In this document: in pieces, positions 24,200 through 36,199 of the stretch
Layout: the number at the start of each line of letters is the position of its first letter
How positions within the stretch are numbered: the stretch's first letter is position 1
From: Lama guanicoe
Taxonomy: Eukaryota
Direction: 5' to 3'
NCBI GenBank assembly: GCA_013239625.1
Contig: MU053934.1
Location: 11,573,003 to 11,633,002 of the forward strand
Length of the DNA stretch: 60,000 nucleotides
The notes under the pieces: model-generated
The model's database searches: none
Told to the model about the DNA's origin: nothing
What the model saw: the letters and a program-made list of their open reading frames with translations, nothing else
Translations under genes and position numbers: made by a program

Positions 24200-26335
24200 C
24201 AGAGATACATGCAAAGGGTAATGTATTTTGGCCAAGTTAAGATTATCCCAGAAATGAAAGATTGATTTAATATTTTTAAAAATCGACCCATGTAATTCAC
24301 CGCCTTAACAGAATAGAGAAGAAAGCCAATGATTGACCCAATATTTCATAAAAATTGTTCAATGAAATTTAAAGTCTATATACAACCAAAACTTACAGCA
24401 AACAGGGCACAGAAAGAACCTCCTTCATGTCACAAAGGACACCCACCAAAAAGCCAACGGCAGAGATTACACCCAACGGTGGAAGGGTTTCCCCTAAAAT
24501 CAGGCCCGAGACACGGTCTCCACCACCACCACCACCACCACCACCACCGCTCACGTTCCAGCATCGTCCTGGAGACTCTCAACCGTCCCAGTAACAGAAA
24601 GACATGTATAGGAATTGAAAGCAAGGAAGTGGAATTACCCTTACTTGCGGGTAACACGATCATGAGTGAGGACGTCCGAGGGAGTCTAGGAACAGATCAT
24701 GAGAACTAGTTTGCAGATTTAGTGAGGTCAGTGTAATATTTCCATACACAAGTGACCAACAATTAAACAATGAATTTTTAAATTACCATTTACAATAGCA
24801 TCAACAAATCAAAACCTGCGTGACAGATGTGCATGACATCCGCCCTAAAAACCCACAAAACCTGCTGAGAGAAACTGCGGAGGCTCTGAGTGAATGTGCG
24901 GAAGAACCACGTTCGTGGACTGGAAGGCGCAGTATTGTCGGCTCCACTCGTGCTGATCTATAAATTCATTGTGATTCCATTTAAGACTCCTGTGTAGTTT
25001 CTTGTCAAAACGTACGAGTTGATGTTCAAATTGATAGAGAAAAATCAGAGGACACACAGGCACCAAGACCCCCAGATTCCAGGGCTCTCTGTGTTGTCCC
25101 CGCGGGGCCGTGGAGACCCGCGGAGGAGGGTGGGGGACGGGAGGAGCGCCACGTGCGCAGTCGTTTGGTTCTGACAAAACGCCGGGGACGTGCCGGGGGA
25201 CGAAGGGGCCATCTCTCTTTCTCAAATGATTTGCTGCCTTGGAAAAGAACAAATCTCCACTCCTGGAGATTTAAACGACCATTTCCCTAAACGTAAAAGC
25301 AAAAACTCTCAATCTTTCATAATTACATGAGCTTGAGGTAGGCAGCAACTGCTTAACCAGGACACTAAAATCCTAACTATGCAGGTTTTATTTTTGAAAT
25401 TTGATAAATTGGACTTAAAACAGAAAACTTTTTGCTTCTCACATTAAAAAGGTGAGCCGTCTGACTTTTCACTCCGAGGGCGGATGTTCAGTCTGTACCT
25501 GAAGAAGGAAGCACTCAGACCACGTACGGGACGCCTGCCCGCCTGTGGGAAACGACGGTCGGTGTGAAAGTGCAGACAGAAGGCCCCCCGAGCTCTTCAC
25601 TGCGGAAGATGCTCACGTGGCTGAGGGCAGCTACCGGGGGCTCAGGATGAAAACCAGTCAGAAAGACAAAGATTAAAACCACAAGACAGGACGGTTCACC
25701 CACGAGGACGGCTCGAGCTAAAGTGACTGGAGACACCAAGCTTCAGCAAGGACGTGGAGGGGCCGGGACGCCACACCGGGGGAGGGGGCGCGGGCGACCG
25801 TGTTGGAAAGCTGGCGGCGTTCCCCGGCAAAGCCAGGCCCCTCCCCCGCGGACCAGGGCCCCGCTGTCAGGGACGTGCCTCCAGAGACACAGATATTCAC
25901 GGCAGCCTCTGTTTACAAACCTCAAAACCCCAAAAAGCTCCGGTCAGTGAACAGGACCAGAGACACGGAAGCCGGCGCGCTCACGCCGGCACAGCCCTGG
26001 CGGAGCGGGAAGGGGCCGGCGCGCACGGAGGCTCCAGCGCGAGACGCGAGGGAAGCCAGGCTGGGCGGGCACTGCCCAGCGTGTGTGCACCTCTGACTTG
26101 TGTGGTTTACTGCATTCAAAGCACGCTGTAGTTTTTAAAAGAGATAACAGCCTGTAAATGTACCAAAATGTTACCGTGCTCTTCAGGCAGAAGACAAACC
26201 TCAAAGCTAACTGAGACGTAAACAGTGACGTGCACTCAATCAGGGAAGCGTTTTCTGCTTTCTCTTTTTCTGTACCTTCCAATTTTCCTTCAGTGATTAT
26301 GCCTTCACTTTAAATTCACTTTTAAAATTAAGAAA
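24200..26335 (+). mobile_element. Old LINE-1 (L1MC/ME-type) ORF2 RT to 3' end, fragmented
   Basis: Translation EGFPLKSGPRHG...SSIVLETL...IGIESKEVELPLLAGNTI matches L1 RT (EAFPLRSGTRQG..FNIVLEVL..IGKEEVKLSLFADDMI). Also contains TACCATTTACAATAGCATCAA and TTGATAAATTGGACTT. Confidence 0.85.
24521..24548. repeat. (CAC)9 trinucleotide microsatellite inside the L1
   Basis: Read directly. Confidence 0.95.
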
Positions 26336-26479
26336 AAGGGCCTGTGTATGTAAATACGTATGTATTTACAAGAGTTGGTATTTTGTGATGGAGTGGCATT
26401 TTAATGTTTATGTCTTGAAAAATCAAATTCAGTAAGTAAGTGTGATTCAGGCACACAGGCACCTCCTAGCCGTCCCTTC

Positions 26480-27050
26480 CAACCAGCATCCCGGGTTAAC
26501 AGACCCCAGCCCGGTCTTCTGCGTGGTGTGACTAACCTCACGAGCACAGTGGCCGGGCTCTCCACTGGGGTCTCACAAGGCTGAAATCGAGGTGCCCGTG
26601 GGCTGTGGTCCACCTGGAGCGTGGGTTGCTCTTCCAGGCCCGTTCAGGGACTGGCAGAACTCGGTTTCCTGGGATGATGGTGCTTGGGTCCCAGACTTCC
26701 TGCTGGCTGTAGGCCAGGGTTGGCTCCCAACAGCTAGAGGCCACTCACGTCCTGGCCGCAGGCCTCCCTCTGCTCAGATGAAGCATGGAGCTCGACCACC
26801 GGCTTCCTGCAGGCTCTGACAGCTCATCTTCTTTCCAGATGCTCCCCTGATTAGGCCAGGCCCACCCAGGTCAGCTCCCTTTCAACTAACTCAAAGTCAG
26901 CTGCTTAGTAACTAATCACTGGAGGGACACCCCATCATATCCAGCCCCTCCCCTCACACACACGGACGAGGGGAAGAGATGATTCAGGTGGTATACACTG
27001 CAGCGGGGGCAGGGATCTTGGGGTCCCCTGAGAATCCTGCTCGTGTAGAC
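26480..27050 (-). mobile_element. MLT1E-like MaLR LTR
   Basis: GGGTCTCACAAGGCTGAAATCGAGGTG, TGGCAGAACTCGGTTTCCT, GATTAGGCCAGGCCCACCCAG...AACTCAAAGTCA and GGGATCTTGGGG are antisense MLT1E motifs. Confidence 0.8.
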
Positions 27051-30000
27051 ATCATGTTGAAATAGGCGCCTTTCCTACACGTACACACACGAAGCCTCTG
27101 CAAAACCGCGGGCCCAGAGCCACGACAGCTGAGGGCCTGCGGCGCCTCTCGTGTGAGTGAGGCTCAGGATTCAGGGGCTCTCATCTGCCTGCAGGTTAGC
27201 CACCCCCATCTCAGGCCCCCTGGAGCTGCATGAGCCTGCGTCCCAGAGGTGTGCATCCTCACCTGGCACCTGAGGACAGGTGCCTCCCTCCCACTCGATC
27301 GGGGAGAGGCTGTGCAGAGGGAGGCTATCCCGGCCGGGTCTCTGCTCCTGGCAGTCCTGGTAGAGAGCGAGTGATGGATAACGTGGTGGGGTGGCGCCAG
27401 GGATACTGAGGAGCTAACGTCTGTGGTTTGGGAAAATCCTCCTGGAATGGAGGGCCTCAGGACACAGAGGGAGGTGATGGAGCTGGCCTTCTGGGTGGGC
27501 ACAGCGGCCAGGGTGAGAGGGATGTCCAGGCAGGATGCACTGGGGGCCACCCAAGGAAAGGTGGGCGAGGGAACTGGGTATGCACTCAGGGTCACGAAAG
27601 TCCTGCATAACCGTTCGGATGTCAGGTGTTCAGCGAACAGAAGCCAGGAGGGACCCCAGAGCTGGTGGGAGCGGGCAGGGCTGTTGCTGTGGGCTTGGTC
27701 CCCAGCCTGGGGGTGTCTGGGGGGAAGGGCCTGCATCCTGACCCCACCTTCTGCCTTCCGCCCCCAGCAGCTGGGGCCTGGGACGGGGGAGGTAGCGGAC
27801 GGCAGGAGGGCACATTTCTGGCTTTGCCGGGACATCCTGACCAGGCATAGGTGTCCAGTGTCCCCGGCTGGCTCGGTTGGAAGCAAATCCTCGTGGACAG
27901 GAGCTCAGGCAAGGTAGGGACTTGATTTAGGAACTGCAAACAGATCTTGGTAAGCCGGAGAAAATGACCGATTCCTGCTACCATAGTAACAGAGCCCGTG
28001 GTGGGAAGCCCAGAGGGGCGACCAGAGGCCAGCCGCAATTACCCATGTCTTGTTTTCTTCCATAGAGATGCTTCTGCCGCTGCTTTTAACCAGTTCCCAG
28101 CCCGGCTGCGGTGGGGGTGGGGGCGGTGCTGAGCCCAGACTGAGGGCTTCCTCCAGGGCCTCGGGTGGGAACGGGCCCCACTCCCCACACCAGCCTGCGA
28201 CATTCCAGCCCAGTCTGAGTCCCCTCCACCGAAACCCCTTCTGTGCTAGCTGGGTTCTCCACTGGCCCCCTGCTGGGCTGGCCCTGGTCCCGGCAGGTCC
28301 AGGCCCTTCCTGCACCATATGCATCCTCACCCGCCGCCCAGGCACCCACCCACCCCGCGGGCGCGCCGTCTTTCCGAGGCCTGGTGCCTCATCTGTGTCC
28401 AGGTGCACAGCTGTAGCCAAGCTGGGGGAAAGGGGCTCCAGGGGGACAGGGGAGAACTCATTTTTATCAGGAAATCCACAGGTTCTGATCAGGCTCCTGA
28501 AACCATAGTCAGTCATCAACCAGCCTGAACGGGTGCCGGGACCTGCCCGTAAGGAGGGGAGGTGCCTCAAGGCAGGGGCGGTTGTCAGTTCAGTTGAAGA
28601 GTGGTGGGCTTGGAGTCGAGGCAGCAGCTCGGGCCTGAGGTTCAGGGACGGCGTCTGAAAGGTGCGGTGAAGCCAGCCGGGGTGCAAAAGGGCCCAGCCT
28701 GCCAACAGTGCCCCACCCAGCGCGGCCACCGCAGACACCAGAGCTCGCAGAGCTAGGGCCAAACAGAGAAGGCTCCCTTGCCGGTCCCAGGGCCACGCGT
28801 GTCCCCGGGAAGCAGAATCCGGGTGCTGGTGAGTGTCAGAGGCATCCGGAGCTCAGGGCTCTGCTGGGTGGCGGGAGAGCTGGCGCCTGCCCTCGGGGAA
28901 GTTCGTGGTGTTATCTGCTGCCTTTCAACATGCCGTACCTTCTGGCCCTGCAGTCCTCCTCCTAGGAAGCACCCAAGTAACCGCTCGCCAAGAGATGCAG
29001 CTGAGACTGCGGGCGGCAGCCCATCCACAGTGAAAACCCAGGCCATTCAAACGCATCTTCAAATAAAGAAGCATTTCATTAAAGAGGACGACAGGGAAGT
29101 CAGGTCAGGGCGGTGGCTTCAGGGCCCGAAGAGGACTTGAGTGTCAGGGCATGGCCAGGTCCTCCTGAAAGTCAGAGCATTTGAGATGAGGCCCTGTCAC
29201 TTGTCACCTCAGCCCCTGGACATCCAGGGCCTGGTGACAGAGAGTGGGTCCCCGCCAGGAGCTTCCAACTGAAGACAGGAGGCTGTTCCAGGTTCAGGGC
29301 CCTGTTGCAACCAGAGAGACGGCAAAGGAGGCCCTGGGAAGGGCAGTGTCCCCACTCAGTCCCTGGACACCTCCTTTCCAGGGGTCCGGCTTGCCCCACC
29401 AGCCCCCATCCCACCGTGTGAAGCTTGGGACAGAACAGAGCTGCTGGGGTGACCTTCCATGGGTATCCTGCTGCCCAGGGCTCGAGCCAGCTGAACATCC
29501 CGCCAGGGGCCTTGGAGACAGAGGGCAGTGATGCCCCGTCCAGTGGGGCATGTGGTGTAGCTTCAGCAGGGGAGGCTCCCTCTGGGTCCTCTGCTCCTCC
29601 CCTGAGTAGAGAGGTCGGGAGTGGAGGCCGGTGAGTGACCACCTGCAGAGGGGTTTTCCCCGAATTCCCTGAGATCGTGCTCAGGGAGAGACGCTGGTTT
29701 GGCCTCTGATTGGCTGGACCTGGAGTGGCTACCCCTTCGCTTAAAGTTCAAACTCTCAGGCCCCTGGGCAGCTTTTCAATAATCTGTGCCAGATCTGGTG
29801 GCCAACACGAGTGGCAGCCTGGGGCTGGGTTCCCCCACAGATGGGGGCCCGGTGGAGAAAGCACGGCCCAGCCCTGCTGCTGCCCCACCCGAGGACAGTC
29901 CTCGTCCAGTCCGGCTCCTCCTCTCCTGCTCTTTTGCTTCAGAAAAAGGACAGAATTTCCCATAGTTCTCACGGTGGTGCCCAGATGGAACCATGCCCCT

Positions 30001-31145
30001 CGGGCCCTCGCCTGCCCCCCCACCCCCCAGAGGGCGCTTTCCCGGCGCTGGGACCAGGAGCTCGCGGCAGGGATGCAAACAGCGGCAAATGCAGATGTCT
30101 CACAGCGCGCCGCTAATTACCAGCAACGTGTAGGAGCAAATTGAGAAATGATGGATTTAATAAATTCCTACATTTTTTGTTTACACCAACAGCGATTTGG
30201 GTGCGGGAGGGTGGGGACGTGCCCGGCATGCGGAGCTGCACCTGCCTCCCTGCCGCCTCTGCCGCCTTTGGGGGCTGAGCAGACAGGAGAGCAAATGGAT
30301 AATTGCATTTCCTCCCCACGTGTGGCCGCGGGGACATTTTTAAGGAGGAGGCAGCATGGAATCCTGTTTAACCTCAGACAGCTACACGGCGCTAGGGGAG
30401 CAGCTCGGTGCGCGGTGAATCACAGCTGTCCAGCCTCACCGGGCGCTGGCCAGGCCCCACGAGGCTGAGGGACCAGCTCTGTCTGGGGAAGAATCCAGCT
30501 GCCCTGGAGGACATCAGTGGGAACTGGCTGCTGATCAGAGTCGTGCTCGGCTGGGAAGACCCCGGTCCAGCCCTCCCTCCGCCCACCACCGGGCGCGGCT
30601 GAGCCAGCCTGAACCTCTTCCAGGCCCTCCTGAGTCCCTAATTCGGTGCGGAGGCCCCAGGCCAGGGGCCCCAGAGGGCTCGGGCCTTCCTGCTAAGGCG
30701 TCTCCTGGGGCATCCAGAGAGAAAGGGGGCTGAGAACTGGCCTTTGAGCCTCACGAGAGGAGAGGCCACGGCCTCCCCGCGCACCACAGGGAGCCCCGCA
30801 CTCCCGCGAGGCCAGGCATCTCACCAGGGCCAGCTCTGACCCCAACCTGTGTCTCCTTCCCCGGGTCCCCCCAGGCTCCTGGCACCCCGGTCTGGATGTT
30901 TGGGGCCGTCAGTGTGGCTTCTCGGACGCGTGGCCTGTGTGTGTCTCCCCCTCCCCCTCCAGGCCCCTGACACAGCACACACAGGCCCCAGGCCCCCACC
31001 AGGCTCACGGAACCCCGCACGCCGGCTGCTCCACCCTGCACGGGCGCGGCCCCACCACCAGGCCGTCCTCCTGGGCTGCCCACTGACCGACAGACGCGCC
31101 TCGGTCCCAGCGAGGCTTAGTCCCTCATGGGTAAAGGAGCCCTGC

Positions 31146-31162
31146 TGCGCCCCCTGCAGGCA
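31146..31162 (-). promoter_or_regulatory. Candidate CTCF motif
   Basis: The minus strand reads TGCCTGCAGGGGGCGCA, fitting the core CCWSYAGRKGGCRS. Chance matches are common in GC-rich DNA. Confidence 0.35.
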
Positions 31163-31175
31163 GAGAAGCACCCGA

Positions 31176-31296
31176 GTCCTGGGGTGGAGCCCAAGTCCTG
31201 GGGTGGAGCCTGGTGCCCTGGGGTGGAGCCCAAGTCCTCAAATGAAGCCCGGTGTCCTGGGATGGAGCCTGAGTCCTGGGGTGGAGCCCGGTGTCC
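31176..31296. repeat. Minisatellite of alternating 19/20-bp units (39-bp higher-order unit x3)
   Basis: Units of the form GTCCTGGGGTGGAGCCCAA and GTCCTGGGGTGGAGCCYGGT, read directly. Confidence 0.9.
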
Positions 31297-31509
31297 AGCG
31301 TGTCTCCTCCCTCCGCTTGGCGTCAGAGTCCCAGGGCCCAGTTAGCATTCCAGGCGCCAGGCCACGGCTGACAGCGGCGGCTCAGCACAATTTACAGCCT
31401 TATTTCCTGTTACAAACTTGACTTCAGAGATGATGAACGGGGCGCAGGTCCCCAGCTGCAACATCGCCCTGCCGGGGGGCCGAGCACACTGCCCTGCTCA
31501 GACCCGCGT

Positions 31510-31544
31510 CCGGAGATGCCTGCGCCCGGAGATGCCTGCGCCCG
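31510..31544. repeat. 16-bp tandem duplication CCGGAGATGCCTGCGC
   Basis: Two adjacent identical copies. Confidence 0.9.
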
Positions 31545-32737
31545 TCCTGGGCACCTTGGCCCCGCCTCCTGGTCCCAATGGCTGCTCCCGTCACCACTGC
31601 GGGGCCCAGCCCAGCGCCCAGGGAACAGCGCTCCTAGAACAGCAGTGCCCACGCCCCCATCCGGCTTCCATCTGTCCGAGCACTGTGCCCACAGTAAGCA
31701 GCCCCTCCTGCTGTGACCTCTGGGGGAGGGACCCTGCCACCCCCTCAGGGGCAGCGAAGCTCCGAGATTATGAGGCTGGAAGCAGAGGCTTGGCCCAGCC
31801 CGTGGGGCTCAGCCGGGAGGTACCTGTGGGGCCAGCGGGCCAGCCCCCTGTCCCAGCACACAGCACACAGGTCGTCAGGTCAGCAGCTGCTAGTGATCGT
31901 CCAGGAGCGCGTCGGACCAGTGAACGGAGGCGTGGATCCCTGAGACGCGAGTTCACCTCTTCCTGGTTCCGCCCCACACCGAGTCCGCTGGATTTCCGGG
32001 GCCATTACCGGGGTCCGGTGTGTGCCATGCGCACAGCACTGAGGGGGCCGAGGTGGAGTCTGGGGGCTTGTCCACAGAGCCCCTGCCCTGGGTGTGGGGG
32101 CCAGAGCTAAGGTCCGATCAGGGGATGCTCAGGGAGCTTCCGGAACCAGGCGGAATCTCCCTGGTGGAGGAGGCTTTGGTGTGGAACTCAGGGACCCCAG
32201 AGGGAGGGGGCCGGGGGGAGAGTCCCCCGGAGCTTCTTCAGGGATGGAGGGAGAGGCCAGGGCCGGGGGAAGGGGCGAGGGCTGCCTGGAGGAGGAGGAA
32301 GGTGATTAGAGCCTGGCAACCGAGCCCTGCACACGGCAACTTGGGCCTGGGCCCGGCCTGGAGGGCCCTGCACACTGTGGAGACCAAGGAAGCTGTCTGT
32401 CCAGTGCCTGCCCAGGTTCCCAGGTCAGACCCTGACGCCCAGACAAGCGGCCGTCAGAGCTGGGAGGCGAGGTTGAGAGTAGCAGGTGGAAACGGGGAAG
32501 GAGGATGCCATCTGCCTCCCCCCACCAGCTCTCTGCACCCCCTGCTGGGCAGGTATAGGGGGCTGGGCGGAAGGCCAGGGGTGTGGGTGGATGGGAGAGC
32601 TTCTGATGTAGCTGCTGGCAGAAGGGCCTCATCTGTGAGCCTGGGTGGAAGCTGTCACCTGCCACACACAGCTGCACTGAGTCCCAGCTTCAGTGCAAAC
32701 CCAGCTGTGTTTCCTCATTTCAAATGGTATCTCTTGT

Positions 32738-32815
32738 CATTTGTGCCAGCGTCGGAATACACTGGAAACAAGACGGACACAGTCCCTGATCTCGTGAACT
32801 CACAGTCCAAAGAGA
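32738..32815 (-). mobile_element. L2 3' fragment
   Basis: TGTGCCAG...GAATACA...AACAAGACGGACACAGTCCCTGATCTCGTGAACTCACAGTC is typical of antisense L2. Confidence 0.6.
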
Positions 32816-33279
32816 ATCAGTCACTTGTGTCATGAAATCAACCATTCTTCTCTTCCCATCCCAGCCCACCACAGCCACCATTCTTCCAAGTCCAGCACCG
32901 GAGCCTCACTCGGATCCCTCTCTCTGCTGCTACCGAGTCCACTCATCCAGGTCCTGATGGATGCCCCGTTCTATAAGATCTCTGGAGGTTCATCCCCTCC
33001 TTCCTCCCCCAACTGTCAGCGGGGTCCCAGCCACCATCTTCTCTCCCAGAGAGTTCTTAACCAGTCCCAGCGAATCCAATTCAGCACCCCGGAGAGCTCC
33101 ACAGCCTGGACAGGAGTAGGAACAGGGAAAGGCAGCAGATGGCCGGCCCCTCCTGGTGCCCAAGCCCTCAGGTGAGAGCCACTGGGACTGTGAGGTCCAG
33201 AGAAAGTTGGGGAGATCTAAAGCACACCCAAAGACCAGCCCCACCCACCCACCCACCCAGGAGGTGAGCAGACACCAGG

Positions 33280-33921
33280 GGGAAGAAAGGAAGAGAAGAG
33301 GGAAGGAAGGAAAGAAGGAAGAAAGAAAGGGAGGAAGGAGTCTTGAATGGGTGGATTAATGGATGATGGGTGGACAAGTGCCTAGATGGATAGATGATGG
33401 GTGGGTGATTGGATGGATGGGTAGATGATGGATAGCAGGACGGGTGAATGGGTGGAAGGATGGATGATGGATAGAAGAATGGGTGAATGGGTGGAAGGAT
33501 GGATGGTGGATAGAAGGACAGGTGAATGGGTGAAAGGATGGATGATGGATAGAAGGACGGGTGAATGGTTGGATGGATGGATGGATGATGGATGGATGAA
33601 TGGATGGACAGATGATGGATAGATGATGGACGGGTGAATGGGTGGATGGATGGATGGATGGATGATGGATGGGTGGATGGACAGATGGTGGATAGATGAT
33701 GGATGGATGATGGTGGGTGAATGGATGGATGATGGATGGATGGATGATGGATGATGGATGGATGGATGAAGCAAGGACGATAGCCAGAGGAATGAATGAA
33801 GGCCAGTCACATTGCCATGGGTGAATGGATGGATGATGGATGGATGGATGATGGATGATGGATGGATGGATGAAGCAAGGACGATAGCCAGAGGAATGAA
33901 TGAAGGCCAGTCACATTGCCA
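33280..33921. repeat. Compound GA-rich / (GGAT)n repeat with 39-bp and 104-bp higher-order duplications
   Basis: Four 39-bp units at 33424-33579, and identical 104-bp copies at 33714-33817 and 33818-33921. Confidence 0.95.
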
Positions 33922-36199
33922 ACATTTCCCGTACTGGCCTTCCATGTCCCGGTGACTTTCACCATAACCAAAGTTAAATGGGTTTCAATTATTCTTGCCT
34001 ATTTTCTTGACCTCGCAAACAGCAATTGATAAAAATCTCTCAGTAAACAGTTTTTTTCATATCTTTTCCAGACCTCTGGACTCTGCAAACAGGCAGAGAT
34101 ATTGTGCATGCCATGCATCACCCCCGCCTCCCAACCTCTGGAGCCTGAGGGCGAGGATCCAAGCTCACCTTGCTGTCTTCTCCGGCTGCAAAGCGCTTCA
34201 TGTTGGCGCCCCCTCCCCAGTGACTCTGCGTGACGCTGAAGCCCTGGGCGCACATCTTAACTTGGGAAAGAGCAGCTTGTCGAGGCCCTGAGCGCATGTC
34301 CAGGGAGCTGGTGCCTCAGGGTTTATGGAGACCCCGATGATGAAAGGCTGGTTCCCCAGAGGGGACATGGGCCAGCCCTCTGCCTTCGTGCCAGCCGGCC
34401 CGCCTCCCCCTCCTCGTCTTAGGCGCATTTACTCAAAACTACCCACAATATAAATGGGAACTTTCAGCTGGAGCCAAAACAGGTACGAGGCTTGGACGTG
34501 AGCCAAACTGCTCCGCGCAGCAGCAGGGAACAAAGAGCTCGGGTGTGAGGAGCCACCGCGGCCGGCCCTGTGAGGGGTGGTGGGAGCTCCAGGCTGGATG
34601 GCGGAGAAAATTGGTTGTTTACGGTCATTTAGGCTGCGAGTGATTCTTTAAAAAAGCCTGCCCTTGTTTCATTTGGCCGTGAATAGACGTTGATGTGATG
34701 GTGGGCAAGTCCTCCAGGTGCTCCAGACGAATCCTTTTATTGGAAAGGGCTCGGGAGGGAGATGGAAGTGATTAATGGTTGGCAAACACGAACTTCGAAG
34801 GGTAAGGACTGGGACCTGCTTAGCATGGAGCTAACAGGATGGAGAAATAAATTAATGTCCTCAATTACAAAGGGGCTTGTGATATAGAAAACTTGTCAAC
34901 AGACCTCCCTGGGGGAGGAGGGGGGTGGAACTTGACAAAGTCATCTGTCACTCCAAGGGCATCCTGGGCAGAGGGAGGAGGGAGAGGAGCTTGGACAGCG
35001 GGAAGGGGCCCTGAGTGACCCTGCCACTGAGCTGAGGATGCAGAGGGGTGGGGGTGAGCCGCCAAAGCGGAAAGGACAGCAGGGTCCCCCAGGGCCGCTC
35101 TGCTGGCAGAGCCGCGCAGTCCCGTGCAGGGGTGAGGGGTGCTTGGGAATCAGCCCCGTGAAGCTGCACTTCTCCGTCGGGGTTTGGGAAGGGAGCCTTC
35201 AAGGCCGAGGGAAGATGGCCGCCCTGACCCCAAACCTGCCCTGGCTCTTCCTCCAGCGCAGCTTCTCTGGGACTTACTTGATTCCTTTTGCACTTCACTC
35301 TGGGTTTGAGTGACAATTAGCGGGTAGATCGAGGTCTATTAGCCTGTGCCTCCCCCCGCCCGTCCAATTCCACTGGAATCAGAGATTGGATTTCTTAATG
35401 ACAGAAGAATTAAGTAATAGTCCTGAGCAGGGCCGCAGGCAGCGGAGTGAAGCCATGTGCAAAATTGATATTTCAACAAGCCTGGTAACGCATTAGGGCA
35501 GTGGCCGTGCCGAGCCGCAGAGTCGCGATAAATCTTCCATCAGGTGCCTACGGGTGCCCGCCAGCCGCGCTCACAAGTCCACCGGCCTTCCCAGAAGGCC
35601 GTCGGTCCATCCCCGGAGGGTCCTGGGAACCAGATGGTCCCAAACAGTGCGCGGAGGGCTGAGCCACCCGAGGGCGCCCGCCCGCCCGCCCCACCCAGCA
35701 GAACGGCCGCCGTGTCCTCGCTGGACCTGGCTTCCCTGGGTCTTGCAGGTTCCTCCCGATGAGGCGGGGAGGCCGCCTGGGCTCCGGGCCACAGGGTCAT
35801 CTGCAGCCCACCCTCCTCTTTGATTTGCAGCCGCGAGGGCAGCGCGGGCCCGAGACAAGATGCTCGGTGACGATTTTATGAAGATCAATGCTATTAGGGA
35901 CTGAGTTTTTGTCCGAAATAATTTGTATAAAATATAGTCACATTAGATGAGAACCCGCGCTGAATTACCAGCTAACGGGGGTGTTGAACTGTGAGGAACC
36001 TCTGGCTGTTTTTCACAGGATAATGGAACATGACGTATTCTGTACTGGTCTGCGAGGTTCCTCAGTGCAGGAGGGTCTCCAGCCCTGGCTGGTGCCTCTG
36101 AGAAGCGGGGTTGCTTTACACTGCCCCCCGAGAGTGCTCAGAATCCTCCCCAGCAGGATCACGTGCCCTGGCACCCCCCTTGTGGACCCTCACTCTGCC

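Noticed and set aside
27905..28762. 285-aa minus-strand ORF with a hydrophobic, signal-peptide-like N-terminus
   Set aside because: Non-ATG start, no recognisable domain, and a P/G/R/A/W-rich composition expected from GC-rich non-coding DNA.
31176..31296. CRISPR-like periodic repeats (also 33424-33579 and 36200-36390)
   Set aside because: Head-to-tail tandem units with no unique spacers and no cas genes, in mammalian DNA.
33382..33945. Repetitive HPS/MDGW peptides (also 45558-45989)
   Set aside because: They are translations of (GGAT)n microsatellites.
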